This document shows positions 7,988 to 17,098 of a stretch of 43,054 nt of DNA, in pieces. Where the stretch lies: the IMG/VR virus record IMGVR_UViG_3300045988_145297. The stretch is one strand, 5' to 3'. This DNA is from a virus. The position numbers and the translations under genes were made by a program. The notes under the pieces were generated by a model, which saw nothing but the letters and a program-made list of their open reading frames with translations, was not told the origin of the DNA and made no database searches. Numbering within the stretch: the stretch's first letter is position 1; each line of letters begins with the position of its first letter.

Positions 7988-10170
7988 GTGAGTCGCTCTT
8001 TTAGTAGCCGTCGTTGTATTTTTTTAACCATATTAGTGACAAAATTGTTTAAAGCATGGTCATAACTAATAGGCAACTGGCCTATTGTAATACTGGTAGC
8101 AATCTCTCTAACAGGATCCCAAGTTATGGAAGTGCATTGAGCTTTTTCAAAAATTCCTACTTCATCGAATAACACACTCACATAATCATATAAGTCAACT
8201 TGAGTTAATTTTTGATACTCGCCTTGCATTTGATCATATGAAACAGTAAGCGAAATATTTGGGTAACCGATCCTGTATTCTTGCATATAAGCTTTAGCAA
8301 CTGCTAGCAACTTGTTCTTATCATTACCAATTCCATAAGAAGATAAATCTACTGCTTGCACTCTCAAAGGTGCGTTAGTAATCCTTGCATATTCAGAAAC
8401 TAGCACTGTTTCGTCTAATTCTAAAGTTTGTTCTGATACCTCAGGCTTAGCATTCGAATCATCTTCACCTGGTGCTACATCTGTGGCATGAGCGAAACTG
8501 AAGAAATCTGAATTAATCCATTGATTAGTTCCAACTTCATAAAAGGTTTTACCTTGACTAGTTGACTGCGCTGTAATTCTTAGTAAACTACCTAAGCTAT
8601 AGTATTTGCCGGTTGGACTTATACCACTTGGATCACTATATACAGGAACTTGTGCAGTTTGCTTAATATTAGCTTTTGCTGCATCATCTTCTTTATATTC
8701 AACTGTTCCAGGTTCTTTAAAGCTAACATTATCGCCAGATTTAACCCAAAGCTGATGGCCATTCTGCTGACCAATGTGATACCACTTAGTGCCTTCATAG
8801 TCAGTTGAAATATCATAAATCGGATATTGACCTTTATTATTCCAGCTAATTACGTTTCCTGTCCCACCAGGACCTGACATCACTGTTACATTACCGTTAA
8901 TGCTTAAACGGCCATAGGCTTTTTGAGTTGCATAGTCCCCAGTCTTTGATAAGACAAAATATTTAGATGAAATCCATTGCGTATCTCGATTGCCTAAATT
9001 GTACCAAACAGTTCCATCGATATCTTTTGCCTTCCAATAAATCTTATAGCTTTGACCATTAGATAGGTATTGTCCGCTCTTATGACCTCCAAAAGGTGAA
9101 GTATAAAGTGGCACTTTACCAGGACCTGCGTATGAAACCGTACCAACACCGTCATTCTTAACAATTATGCCTTGAATATCATCACCCACTTCAAGAGTTC
9201 CCTGAGCAGTGATCTTATTAACTACATAGTTACCTGACTTGTCAAATGTAATCAAACTGGCTTCAACCCAACCACCTGCATCAGTCTTATACCAGATATC
9301 ATTATTGAGCGTTTGCTTATCAGTCTTCGCAACAAACTTTAAGTATTCGCCATTCCTGATACTGTTAACAGGGGTGTGGCCTTTATATGGGGTACTAAAA
9401 AGGTTAATTGTACCGTTAGCCAAATATTGAACTGTGGCTTTTCCATCAAATGGTTCTCCGTCTGGCTGTGGTTGTTCTTCAGGAGAATAGGTAACATAGG
9501 GCATGATTGCGTTATAAGTTCCACTAGTTGTTTCATCCCTAGTAAGAGATTGCATATTACGCCCATATTTAATAACTACTCCATTATCTTTACCTGCATG
9601 TTTCAGCATTGTGAGATAATAGTTATTAAACCTAAATTCTCCATTGTATAAAGCTTCCATTGTGTTAGTGGTTTGATCCCCAGCTTGGTCAGCTCCAAAA
9701 ATAGCAGCATTAGCATTACCTAACTCTTTAAAGTTCCAGCCTAAGTTTGCAACGGTAGGAATATCACTAGCAAAACCTAACCCTGAAACAGGCCATGCCA
9801 AAGCATCGCTAATTAAATCAAATGCTCTATTCGGCCCAGCATGTGCTTCACTGATATCCTTTTTGAGAGGAATATTCGATAAATCAGACCAGACATGATT
9901 AGCAGTAATTGACATTGAAGTCATACTCTTAGATACGTCTACAATTCTAAATTGTTGATTTCTTTCATCGTCTTCTAGTCCCATATCAGCCACAATTATC
10001 ATGCCCTCAGTTATGTCTTTGCTTAAAGATGCATTAATCGGATAAGTCATTGCTAAAGTAGGTATCTGATTTCTATTTTTAGTAATTGAAATAGTAAGTA
10101 AATCCTTAAGTGATCCCAGACCTTCAGTATTAAAGTCAGAAATATATGTTTCATAAAGTCGAGGAATCAT
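7972..10170 (-). CDS. Tail-associated lysin-position protein (Tal; prophage-tail N-terminal domain) with four internal SH3b-like repeats
   Basis: The track ORF is 7972..10188. The ATG at 10170 forms an ATGA overlap with the Dit stop. The N-terminus MIPRLYETYISDFNTEGLG is typical of siphovirus Tal proteins. Four W/Y-rich roughly 60-aa repeats occupy the middle. Confidence 0.88.
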   Translation of the reverse strand: MIPRLYETYISDFNTEGLGSLKDLLTISITKNRNQIPTLAMTYPINASLSKDITEGMIIVADMGLEDDERNQQFRIVDVSKSMTSMSITANHVWSDLSNIPLKKDISEAHAGPNRAFDLISDALAWPVSGLGFASDIPTVANLGWNFKELGNANAAIFGADQAGDQTTNTMEALYNGEFRFNNYYLTMLKHAGKDNGVVIKYGRNMQSLTRDETTSGTYNAIMPYVTYSPEEQPQPDGEPFDGKATVQYLANGTINLFSTPYKGHTPVNSIRNGEYLKFVAKTDKQTLNNDIWYKTDAGGWVEASLITFDKSGNYVVNKITAQGTLEVGDDIQGIIVKNDGVGTVSYAGPGKVPLYTSPFGGHKSGQYLSNGQSYKIYWKAKDIDGTVWYNLGNRDTQWISSKYFVLSKTGDYATQKAYGRLSINGNVTVMSGPGGTGNVISWNNKGQYPIYDISTDYEGTKWYHIGQQNGHQLWVKSGDNVSFKEPGTVEYKEDDAAKANIKQTAQVPVYSDPSGISPTGKYYSLGSLLRITAQSTSQGKTFYEVGTNQWINSDFFSFAHATDVAPGEDDSNAKPEVSEQTLELDETVLVSEYARITNAPLRVQAVDLSSYGIGNDKNKLLAVAKAYMQEYRIGYPNISLTVSYDQMQGEYQKLTQVDLYDYVSVLFDEVGIFEKAQCTSITWDPVREIATSITIGQLPISYDHALNNFVTNMVKKIQRRLLKERLTCLAN

Positions 10171-10910
10171 ACAATTGCTCGCCTCCATCTTGGTTGATAT
10201 TCAAATTTTGAATAGTTGCCTTGCAAAGATATAGTATTTTTACCTGGTATTAATTCCGGATATTCATGATTAGGCAAAATTGCCCTGCTTGTCCGTCTTT
10301 CTGTCATCGATTTATAAACCAAACATTTTTCACTATCTATAAACAATTCATTATCTGTATCTTTAAACTGATAGTCCAAACCATTAATTGTCAATACAAA
10401 ATCGCCATTACCAACAATATGAAATAATGGCAAAGAATTATACTGTGATGGATTATAGATAGGTAATGTTGAAACCGGCTGATATTTAATTGATTCATCA
10501 TTAATTAAGAAAGGTTTGCAAGCCAAACTCATTGTTACATTCGCAATATTATCTTTTTGCGGTGTAACCGTGGGACTTTCACTTACGTAAGCTTCCCAAT
10601 GCCAACCCCTAAATTGCTCAAAATAAAAGGGTTCATACTTAACAAACTTGTCTTTGCATGTTAACCAATCGCCAAAATCCATGCCCCACGTGAACCAATC
10701 TTTATAGAAAGTAGGACGTTCAACAATAAAATTTATTTGTTGCGTAATATCTGTATAGTTCAAATTATCATTAATATAAGAGCCATTTACCCCCACAACC
10801 TGAGTGAGAGAAACATTTCTTTTAGTAGTAGCTTGAACTAATGGATAAACTACCATAGCACCATAGTAATCAGAACCTGTTCCATGATAAATTAATCTAC
10901 CTAATGACAC
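10167..10910 (-). CDS. Distal tail protein (Dit)
   Basis: 247 aa with a GTG start, positioned between TMP and Tal. Size and position fit Dit. Confidence 0.82.
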   Translation of the reverse strand: MSLGRLIYHGTGSDYYGAMVVYPLVQATTKRNVSLTQVVGVNGSYINDNLNYTDITQQINFIVERPTFYKDWFTWGMDFGDWLTCKDKFVKYEPFYFEQFRGWHWEAYVSESPTVTPQKDNIANVTMSLACKPFLINDESIKYQPVSTLPIYNPSQYNSLPLFHIVGNGDFVLTINGLDYQFKDTDNELFIDSEKCLVYKSMTERRTSRAILPNHEYPELIPGKNTISLQGNYSKFEYQPRWRRAIV

Positions 10911-11109
10911 TTATACCCTTCTTTCTATTAATTGAATTCAATCGCATTCTTGCATTTACAACTTCGGTAACTGAATTACCTAAAGCTTGTTTATCTACAT
11001 TTATGCTAGTTTCAACTGTTGCTGGTGCGGTAAGAATAGCAGTAAGCAAATCTATCACTTTATCTAACTTTTCTCCTAAACCATCAGTATTAGTATTAAC
11101 GATTGAATA
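10897..11109 (-). other. Start-less 70-codon open frame in the -1 frame of the tape measure gene, filling the TMP-Dit gap (probable displaced TMP C-terminus)
   Basis: Hand translation gives YSIVNTNTDGLGEKLDKVIDLLTAILTAPATVETSINVDKQALGNSVTEVVNARMRLNSINRKKGISVIR. It has no start codon with an SD, and it ends in a TAG overlapping the Dit GTG by 14 nt, like a normal gene junction. Confidence 0.5.
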
Positions 11110-14100
11110 TTATCTCTAGCAGCAACAATGGCAGCAGTCTTACCAAGCAATTCATAAGAACGACTAGATTTAACTGCTGATAATGGAATAGCCATTTCTA
11201 AGCCAGCTTCGCCAAAAATAGAAGGCTGGTTAGCAAGACCGCCAATTGCATAACGTTTGTGTCCTGTGGGTCCCCAACCTGCTCCAAAGTGAATATCATT
11301 ACGCCAGTTAGAATCATTAAATAAAGCAAGCAATTGATCCCAGTCATGGTAAATATTGCCATGTCCTTTAACTTTATATGCATTAAAAATAATAGTTTTG
11401 TACTGCAATAATCCTCGTCCTGGACCAGAACCGTCACCATCTGGATCAGCTCCTGGCTGTACAGCGCTAGGATTACCACCGGATTCACCAGCAATCATAG
11501 AAATGATTTTTCGGATTTCTGTTGGAGTAACTGAGGTATGCATTGTTTCAGCAGCATTTTTAATTTCTTCGCCCCAACGTTCAGCACCTGTACCAGCAGG
11601 GTCTTTTGCATCAGCTGCAATGCCAAATAAGTCCCCAATTTTACTAATGAATTTAAAAAAGCCACCCATACCAGGTAGCCCTTTAATAAACTTCTCTAAG
11701 TTAGAGTTTGCTTTAACATTGCCGTCTCCGCCTTCAGTCTTTAACCCTGGAATGCGACGATAGCTTACTTCACCCTCGTGGAAGTCCGAAACATTAGCCA
11801 TTCCAATACCAGAGCTTGGATTCATAGCTGACCACACTTTACCGTTGCCAGCATAAACACCAACGTGGTTTCGTCCACCTGGTCCAAAGAATACTAAGTC
11901 TCCAAATTGTGGGTCTTTAACTCCGCGTGAAGCAGAATATTGATCTCCTGAATAGTGAGGAAAACTCTTACCAAAGGCTTTCTCTAAGGCGTACTTAACT
12001 AATCCCGAACAGTCAAATGCATCTGGACCTTCAGCACCCCAAACATAAGGCTTGCCTTTACCATATTTTTCAACTGCTCCAAGTAAACCGCCTTCCGCTT
12101 CTCCATCAAGAGAACTAGATACCATATTCCAAAGCGTCTTCCAGAACTCGCTTACTTGTTTCTTACCTTTGTCAAAGCCTTTAGTAATCATGGTATGGAA
12201 TGCACCGCGAGATAAACCCTTAACGCCAGTCCATTTAAATATGCCATCTAAAGCTTTCTGTGGGTGCGAGATTATTTCTTTAGCCTTTTCAAAGAACTTC
12301 TTCATGCCTTCCATAGTGTCCTTGGCCCATGAACCAATACCACCAAAGAAGTTGCCAACGTTCTTACCAATATTGCCAAAGAAACTACTAATACCACCGT
12401 TTGCAAAGCGAGCAATACCCATAGCATTCATTAAGTTCTTAGTATCAGTTGCATTAAGAATTTCATCACCAGGCATAAGCATTGTAGTAGTATTTCGACC
12501 TTGGAAGATACCAAATTCTCCAGTTGTCGGACGGTAAAGAGCTTCTTTATTGCCAGTTTCTGGCGAATCGTTACCATCATTAACCATTGCTAATGTTGGT
12601 TCAGTAATCGCACGTCTTTGAGAACTAAAATATCCAGTACCAGTTGCAAAATGAGATAACTTTTTAACAGTAGAGTGACCACCACCGAAGAAGTAAATGA
12701 CATCATTAACAGCTCCAATACCGCCGTTAACAATATCAATTAAACCATTCATGGCATTTTTGCCTAGCTTCTGCATAGCCTTCCACATATTAGAGAAGAT
12801 ACTATTTACTCCTTTAGATAAATTAGACCAGCCTTTTTGCCAATTTTTGCCAAAATTGCTGAACCATGAATTCATGTTTCTTCCCCACTTAGAAGAATCA
12901 GATTTCATATCATTCCAGGTGTTACTAGTATTACGTTTTATATCATTCCATTTATCTGAAAAGCCTTTTTTAAGCTTATTTAGACTGTCCCTTGAAGTAG
13001 CTTTTAAAGCTTCAAACAAGTTTCCATGATTTTTCTTTAAGTTTCTAGAAAAATCATCATAAACATCTAGTTCGGCCTTATGATGGTCTTTCCATTTTTT
13101 TCCTGCTTCACTAGCGTAATTTTTAAGATTGCCAAGTAAATCTTTTGTGCCTGATTCTGCACCTTTCTTGACGCTCTTCCAAGTACTATCAGCTGATTTA
13201 TTGAGCCCTTTCCAGTGAGAACTCCATGATTTTTCGGCTTTCTTCTTATAAGAATTAAATGACTTAGTTAATCCTTTAACTCCATTATCATAATTTTTCT
13301 TGGTATCTTTAGCCCAAGACTGAACACCTTTCTTGGTAGACTTCCAATGCTTGTCCCAAGACTTTTTAAAGTCTTTAGTCCATTTTGAGGTTTGCTTACT
13401 GATGTCCTTATAAGCTGTCTTGAATAACGTACCCTTTTGAAAAGCCTTGACGTATTTATTCTTAGATAAATTCTTAAAGGTATCGCCAAAACTCTTATTA
13501 AACTTCTTAAAAAAGTTGTGCCCATTTTTAAGAAAGTTATCGTAGCCTTTCTTAATATTAGGTCCAAGTTTCTTTATAAAGTCCTGTGAGTTTTTAACTG
13601 TTTTATCTAAGTTTTTCTTAGAATCTTTACCAAATTTTTCAAAGCCTTTACCTACATTAGACCAATATTTATCCCAGGCTTTCTTTTCTTTTTGACGTTG
13701 CTTTTCGGCTTGTTCTGCTGCCTCCTTTTGTTCAGCTTGTGCTTTCTTATTAGATTTTTGGATTCCTTTCCACCAAGAATCTATACCTTTTCCAGCTTTG
13801 CTTAAAGCGTCCTTAGTAGACCAGCCTAAATTCTCGATAGACCAGAAATTCTTAGGTGGCTTTTTAGATTTCCAACCATTCAAAAATTCTTTGGTTGCTT
13901 TACCGCCCCAGCCACCAGCTACCTTACCAATCTGAGAACCGATTGCTGCACCAGCAGGACCACCAAAGAATAAACCAATACCGCCACCAATTGCAGAACC
14001 TATTCCTTTTCCTGCATCTTGGTATTGCTTCATTGATCCTTTCTTATCTTTGAATGCAGATAGGATAGATGAACCAGCATCTAAAGCAACACCTACACCT

Positions 14101-16259
14101 GCTACACCAGTAGCAACTTTACCAGCTGTTGACAAGCCACCAAATCCACCAGCAGATTTTAAAGATCGAAATGCACCGCCAAAAGACTTACCAGATAACG
14201 CATTGCCAGCTAAAGATTTAATTTTGCCAAAAACAGTTGAAGCAGTAGAACCTAATTTAGCTAATGCGGCTTCTGGTCCTTTCAGTTCTTTAATTGTATC
14301 TAAACCCTTAAAGCCTGCATGAAGTGCCTTAACCCCTTTATAAGCTTTAACACTACCACTAGCAATTGAAAATAAACCACTTGTAACTGGTTTCAAAGTC
14401 TTAATTGCTGCAATAGCAATAATTGCCTTAGAAATCCATTGAATCGCTTCTTTATTTTTAGCTAAATTATCTAATACCACTCTTAATTGTTTCAGAGGGT
14501 CTTTCGACTTTAAAGCATTCTTACTAGTTAAACCAAAGGCTTCAGCAATATCAACAATTATTTTAGAAAGAGTCTTCCAAGTATCTATTGCAATATCTTT
14601 GGTAATGGACATAAGATCAGACCCAATACCTACAATATCGCCTTTATGCTTGGCAATGTAGTCTAATGCTTGCATTCCAAGTTTAGCAACTTTTTGAATT
14701 GCTACACCAAGCATTTCAGCACCATCTTGTACTGGCTTTGACTGCATTAAGTCAGCTAACTGTTGCATTCCTGATGTCTTCGCATCAAATAATGGTTGGG
14801 CCATTTTAGCTTTTAAGTTATTCCACGAATCCTGCATTGACTTTGCAGCTCCGCCTTGGGTTTTTCTAAAAGCTTCAAAAGCCTTACCACCATCTTGACC
14901 AGCTTTTTCAACTAACTCTTCAAATTGTTTAGTTGACATTTTGCCAGAAGCAACCATCTTACCAAATGCTTCTTCTGACATTCCAGCTGCTTTAGACAAA
15001 GCCGCACCTAATCCCGGCGCTTGCTTACTCATTCTTTGCCATTGCATTGCTGAAACTTTAGAGCCACTAAGAGCCCTAGCCATCGCACTTGATAGCCCAA
15101 CCATTTCTCCAGAAGTCATCTTAGTCGCATCCCCAATGGTTGCAATACTTTTAGACAAAGCTAAAGTATGCGACAAATTACCATTAGTTAAACGATTCAT
15201 ATTTAACTGTAGCTGATGAACTTCGTCCCCAGTCATTGCAGTATTAGACTTCAAATAGCCCATTTGATCTACTAAGATCTGAGTATCATTTTTATTTTTA
15301 CCTAATCCAGCCCACTGTGCTCGAACTTTACCAATTACACCATCAAGCTGCATACCTGATGTAATAGTTGACTTTAGTCCAGAAGTTAATGAACTAAAAC
15401 CCGAAGAAACAGCATTGCTTAAAAGATTTGCACTAAAAATCTTTTTAAACAAAGAATGCGTATGTTTAGCTTCTCCATTGACTCCAGTAATTTTAGATTT
15501 AAATCGATCAAAAATTGATGGATTGGCTTTCTTCATCTCTGAAGATAAGCCCGACATTTCAGATTTGGTTTTAGCTAAGCTTGTGGCCGTTTCATCTACA
15601 CGTACCTTCTGACGTCTATATGCTTCACTAGATTTACCAGCTTCAGAAGCAATCTTAGATAATTCATTAGATTGAATTTTGTAAACTTGATTTAGTTTGT
15701 CGTATTCACGTGATAAACCAGATAATTTAGCCTTATTAGCTTCCTCATGCTTGCCTTCTGCTTCAAGTCTTCCAACATAAGCATTACTTGACTCAGTAAT
15801 TTTTCTAAGTTCACTTTGTGCGCTTGCTAATCCTGACTTGTAGTAATCAAGCGAGTTACGAGCTTTTTCTTGTTGCTGACTTAATTTAGCAATTCTTGTA
15901 GTAGCATTAGCAACATTACGTTCAGCCGTAGCAATTTCTTTCGAATATCTTTCGTATTCGTTGCGGCCTTTTTCTGTGGTTGTATCAACCTTGGCTTGAG
16001 CTTCTTTTAAGCTGTTTAATTCAGATTTATTACGTTCTAATAAAGATTGTTGTTTCTTTAAAGTATCGCCTAAGCCTTCATACTTAGCTTTTGCAGCTCC
16101 CAGTTGATCTCCAGCTGATTTTAGTTCGGCAACTTGTGCTTTCCATGCACTAGTAGCAGAAGATACCTCACTTTTTAAAGATTTAAGGGTTTGAATCGGC
16201 TGTTCGCCATCAAGAGAAATTCGTGTACTAAAATCGCCAACCGGTATTTTTCCCGCCAT
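11076..16259 (-). CDS. Tape measure protein with C-terminal NlpC/P60 and lytic-transglycosylase-like domains
   Basis: 1727 aa with an N-terminal coiled coil, a G/A-rich TM-like segment and a W/F/Y-periodic repeat region. The motifs DCSGLVKYA...GDLVFFG..HVGVYAG indicate NlpC/P60, and IAGESGGNP...GRGLLQYK is SLT-like. AAGGAGG precedes the ATG, and there is a TAATG overlap with the chaperone ORF. Confidence 0.95.
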   Translation of the reverse strand: MAGKIPVGDFSTRISLDGEQPIQTLKSLKSEVSSATSAWKAQVAELKSAGDQLGAAKAKYEGLGDTLKKQQSLLERNKSELNSLKEAQAKVDTTTEKGRNEYERYSKEIATAERNVANATTRIAKLSQQQEKARNSLDYYKSGLASAQSELRKITESSNAYVGRLEAEGKHEEANKAKLSGLSREYDKLNQVYKIQSNELSKIASEAGKSSEAYRRQKVRVDETATSLAKTKSEMSGLSSEMKKANPSIFDRFKSKITGVNGEAKHTHSLFKKIFSANLLSNAVSSGFSSLTSGLKSTITSGMQLDGVIGKVRAQWAGLGKNKNDTQILVDQMGYLKSNTAMTGDEVHQLQLNMNRLTNGNLSHTLALSKSIATIGDATKMTSGEMVGLSSAMARALSGSKVSAMQWQRMSKQAPGLGAALSKAAGMSEEAFGKMVASGKMSTKQFEELVEKAGQDGGKAFEAFRKTQGGAAKSMQDSWNNLKAKMAQPLFDAKTSGMQQLADLMQSKPVQDGAEMLGVAIQKVAKLGMQALDYIAKHKGDIVGIGSDLMSITKDIAIDTWKTLSKIIVDIAEAFGLTSKNALKSKDPLKQLRVVLDNLAKNKEAIQWISKAIIAIAAIKTLKPVTSGLFSIASGSVKAYKGVKALHAGFKGLDTIKELKGPEAALAKLGSTASTVFGKIKSLAGNALSGKSFGGAFRSLKSAGGFGGLSTAGKVATGVAGVGVALDAGSSILSAFKDKKGSMKQYQDAGKGIGSAIGGGIGLFFGGPAGAAIGSQIGKVAGGWGGKATKEFLNGWKSKKPPKNFWSIENLGWSTKDALSKAGKGIDSWWKGIQKSNKKAQAEQKEAAEQAEKQRQKEKKAWDKYWSNVGKGFEKFGKDSKKNLDKTVKNSQDFIKKLGPNIKKGYDNFLKNGHNFFKKFNKSFGDTFKNLSKNKYVKAFQKGTLFKTAYKDISKQTSKWTKDFKKSWDKHWKSTKKGVQSWAKDTKKNYDNGVKGLTKSFNSYKKKAEKSWSSHWKGLNKSADSTWKSVKKGAESGTKDLLGNLKNYASEAGKKWKDHHKAELDVYDDFSRNLKKNHGNLFEALKATSRDSLNKLKKGFSDKWNDIKRNTSNTWNDMKSDSSKWGRNMNSWFSNFGKNWQKGWSNLSKGVNSIFSNMWKAMQKLGKNAMNGLIDIVNGGIGAVNDVIYFFGGGHSTVKKLSHFATGTGYFSSQRRAITEPTLAMVNDGNDSPETGNKEALYRPTTGEFGIFQGRNTTTMLMPGDEILNATDTKNLMNAMGIARFANGGISSFFGNIGKNVGNFFGGIGSWAKDTMEGMKKFFEKAKEIISHPQKALDGIFKWTGVKGLSRGAFHTMITKGFDKGKKQVSEFWKTLWNMVSSSLDGEAEGGLLGAVEKYGKGKPYVWGAEGPDAFDCSGLVKYALEKAFGKSFPHYSGDQYSASRGVKDPQFGDLVFFGPGGRNHVGVYAGNGKVWSAMNPSSGIGMANVSDFHEGEVSYRRIPGLKTEGGDGNVKANSNLEKFIKGLPGMGGFFKFISKIGDLFGIAADAKDPAGTGAERWGEEIKNAAETMHTSVTPTEIRKIISMIAGESGGNPSAVQPGADPDGDGSGPGRGLLQYKTIIFNAYKVKGHGNIYHDWDQLLALFNDSNWRNDIHFGAGWGPTGHKRYAIGGLANQPSIFGEAGLEMAIPLSAVKSSRSYELLGKTAAIVAARDNIQSLILILMV

Positions 16260-16546
16260 TATTTAACCTCCTTTCTAGTTTTTCCTTGCGCTAATTGACT
16301 TAATGCCCATTCACTAGCATCTACTGGACGATCTTTACGGCTTTGAGCTTCCATAATTTGTGCCCAGCGATCTGTGTCAAATGCCTCTATTTCATGTGGC
16401 GATACATGACCGTTAACGATTGCATCTTGTTCTGTGTAATCAATATCTTCGACAAATTCCGACCAAAATTTATTTACTTCCCACGGTGTCGCTTTTCTTA
16501 TCTGATTCGGAAGCCTCCGTGTCTTCCTTAATATCAAGAATTGCAA
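16259..16546 (-). CDS. Tail assembly chaperone, frameshift-extension part (gpT-like), in the +1 frame relative to 16470..17021
   Basis: This open frame overlaps the 3' end of the upstream chaperone ORF by 77 nt and has no convincing own SD. The position between major tail protein and TMP matches the conserved G/GT arrangement. Confidence 0.7.
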   Translation of the reverse strand: MQFLILRKTRRLPNQIRKATPWEVNKFWSEFVEDIDYTEQDAIVNGHVSPHEIEAFDTDRWAQIMEAQSRKDRPVDASEWALSQLAQGKTRKEVK

Positions 16547-17021
16547 ATGTTAAGCGCTTAGCCACTTCTGCAATGGCATCTGTACTCAAGTCATTGTCTT
16601 CAAACTTCTTTTTCTTTGCTTTTGTATTAATACCAGCTAAATCTTCAATAAAAGCTAAATATTTTTCAGTAATCTTTAATTCAGTTTCAGAAGTTAAAGT
16701 AACTTGATTTACTTGCGGTGAAATTGCTAAGGCAACTGATTCAACTCTCATATTCCAATAATCTGGATCAGTTGAACCAAAACCTGTTCCATATTTATCT
16801 TCTAAGCGTTCTAGCGTACGTTCATCTTCTGATTTAGATTTATCAAGCTTTTGTAAAACATTCATATCTCTAACTGCACTAGAAAAATCCCGTTGTGCAT
16901 CTAATTGAATTTGAGAGATATCTTGATTAAGTTGACCAGCCTTTCTTTTCATGCCAAAACTATGGTCAACTCCGATTGGCTTAAGTCCCAATTCTTTTGC
17001 TTCAACAGTTATTTGTGTCAT
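16470..17021 (-). CDS. Tail assembly chaperone (gpG-like)
   Basis: 183-aa acidic protein located between the major tail and tape measure genes. Confidence 0.85.
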   Translation of the reverse strand: MTQITVEAKELGLKPIGVDHSFGMKRKAGQLNQDISQIQLDAQRDFSSAVRDMNVLQKLDKSKSEDERTLERLEDKYGTGFGSTDPDYWNMRVESVALAISPQVNQVTLTSETELKITEKYLAFIEDLAGINTKAKKKKFEDNDLSTDAIAEVAKRLTFAILDIKEDTEASESDKKSDTVGSK

Positions 17022-17040
17022 CTAAAAAATCCTTTCATAT

Positions 17041-17066
17041 AAAAAAAGCAGGATTCGAACCTGCTT
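17041..17066 (-). terminator. Intrinsic terminator after the major tail protein gene
   Basis: The minus strand reads aagcagg-ttcgaat-cctgctt followed by TTTTT. Confidence 0.75.
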
Positions 17067-17098
17067 CATTTGTTCCTACCTCTCCCACCCTGCTCTTG

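Noticed and set aside
11198-15612. Numerous 60-160-aa ORFs lie on both strands inside the tape measure gene (for example 11356..11763, 12052..12537, 12697..13029, 14050..14322 and 14941..15216).
   Set aside because: They are nested within a long, well-supported coding frame, lack SD sequences and translate to low-complexity Pro/Leu/Ser-rich strings typical of antisense reading of a Lys/Gly/Ala-rich gene. The same reasoning applies to nested ORFs in the lysin, BppU, Tal, primase, helicase and HNH genes (for example 1946..2227, 6353..6699, 7363..7641, 9239..9651, 26002..26472 and 32775..33073).
17041-17070. GGTTCGAATCC, the canonical tRNA T-loop motif, on the minus strand suggested a tRNA gene after the major tail protein gene.
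   Set aside because: The stem is followed directly by a T-run instead of an acceptor strand. The upstream 70 nt cannot form D or anticodon arms. It is an ordinary intrinsic terminator.
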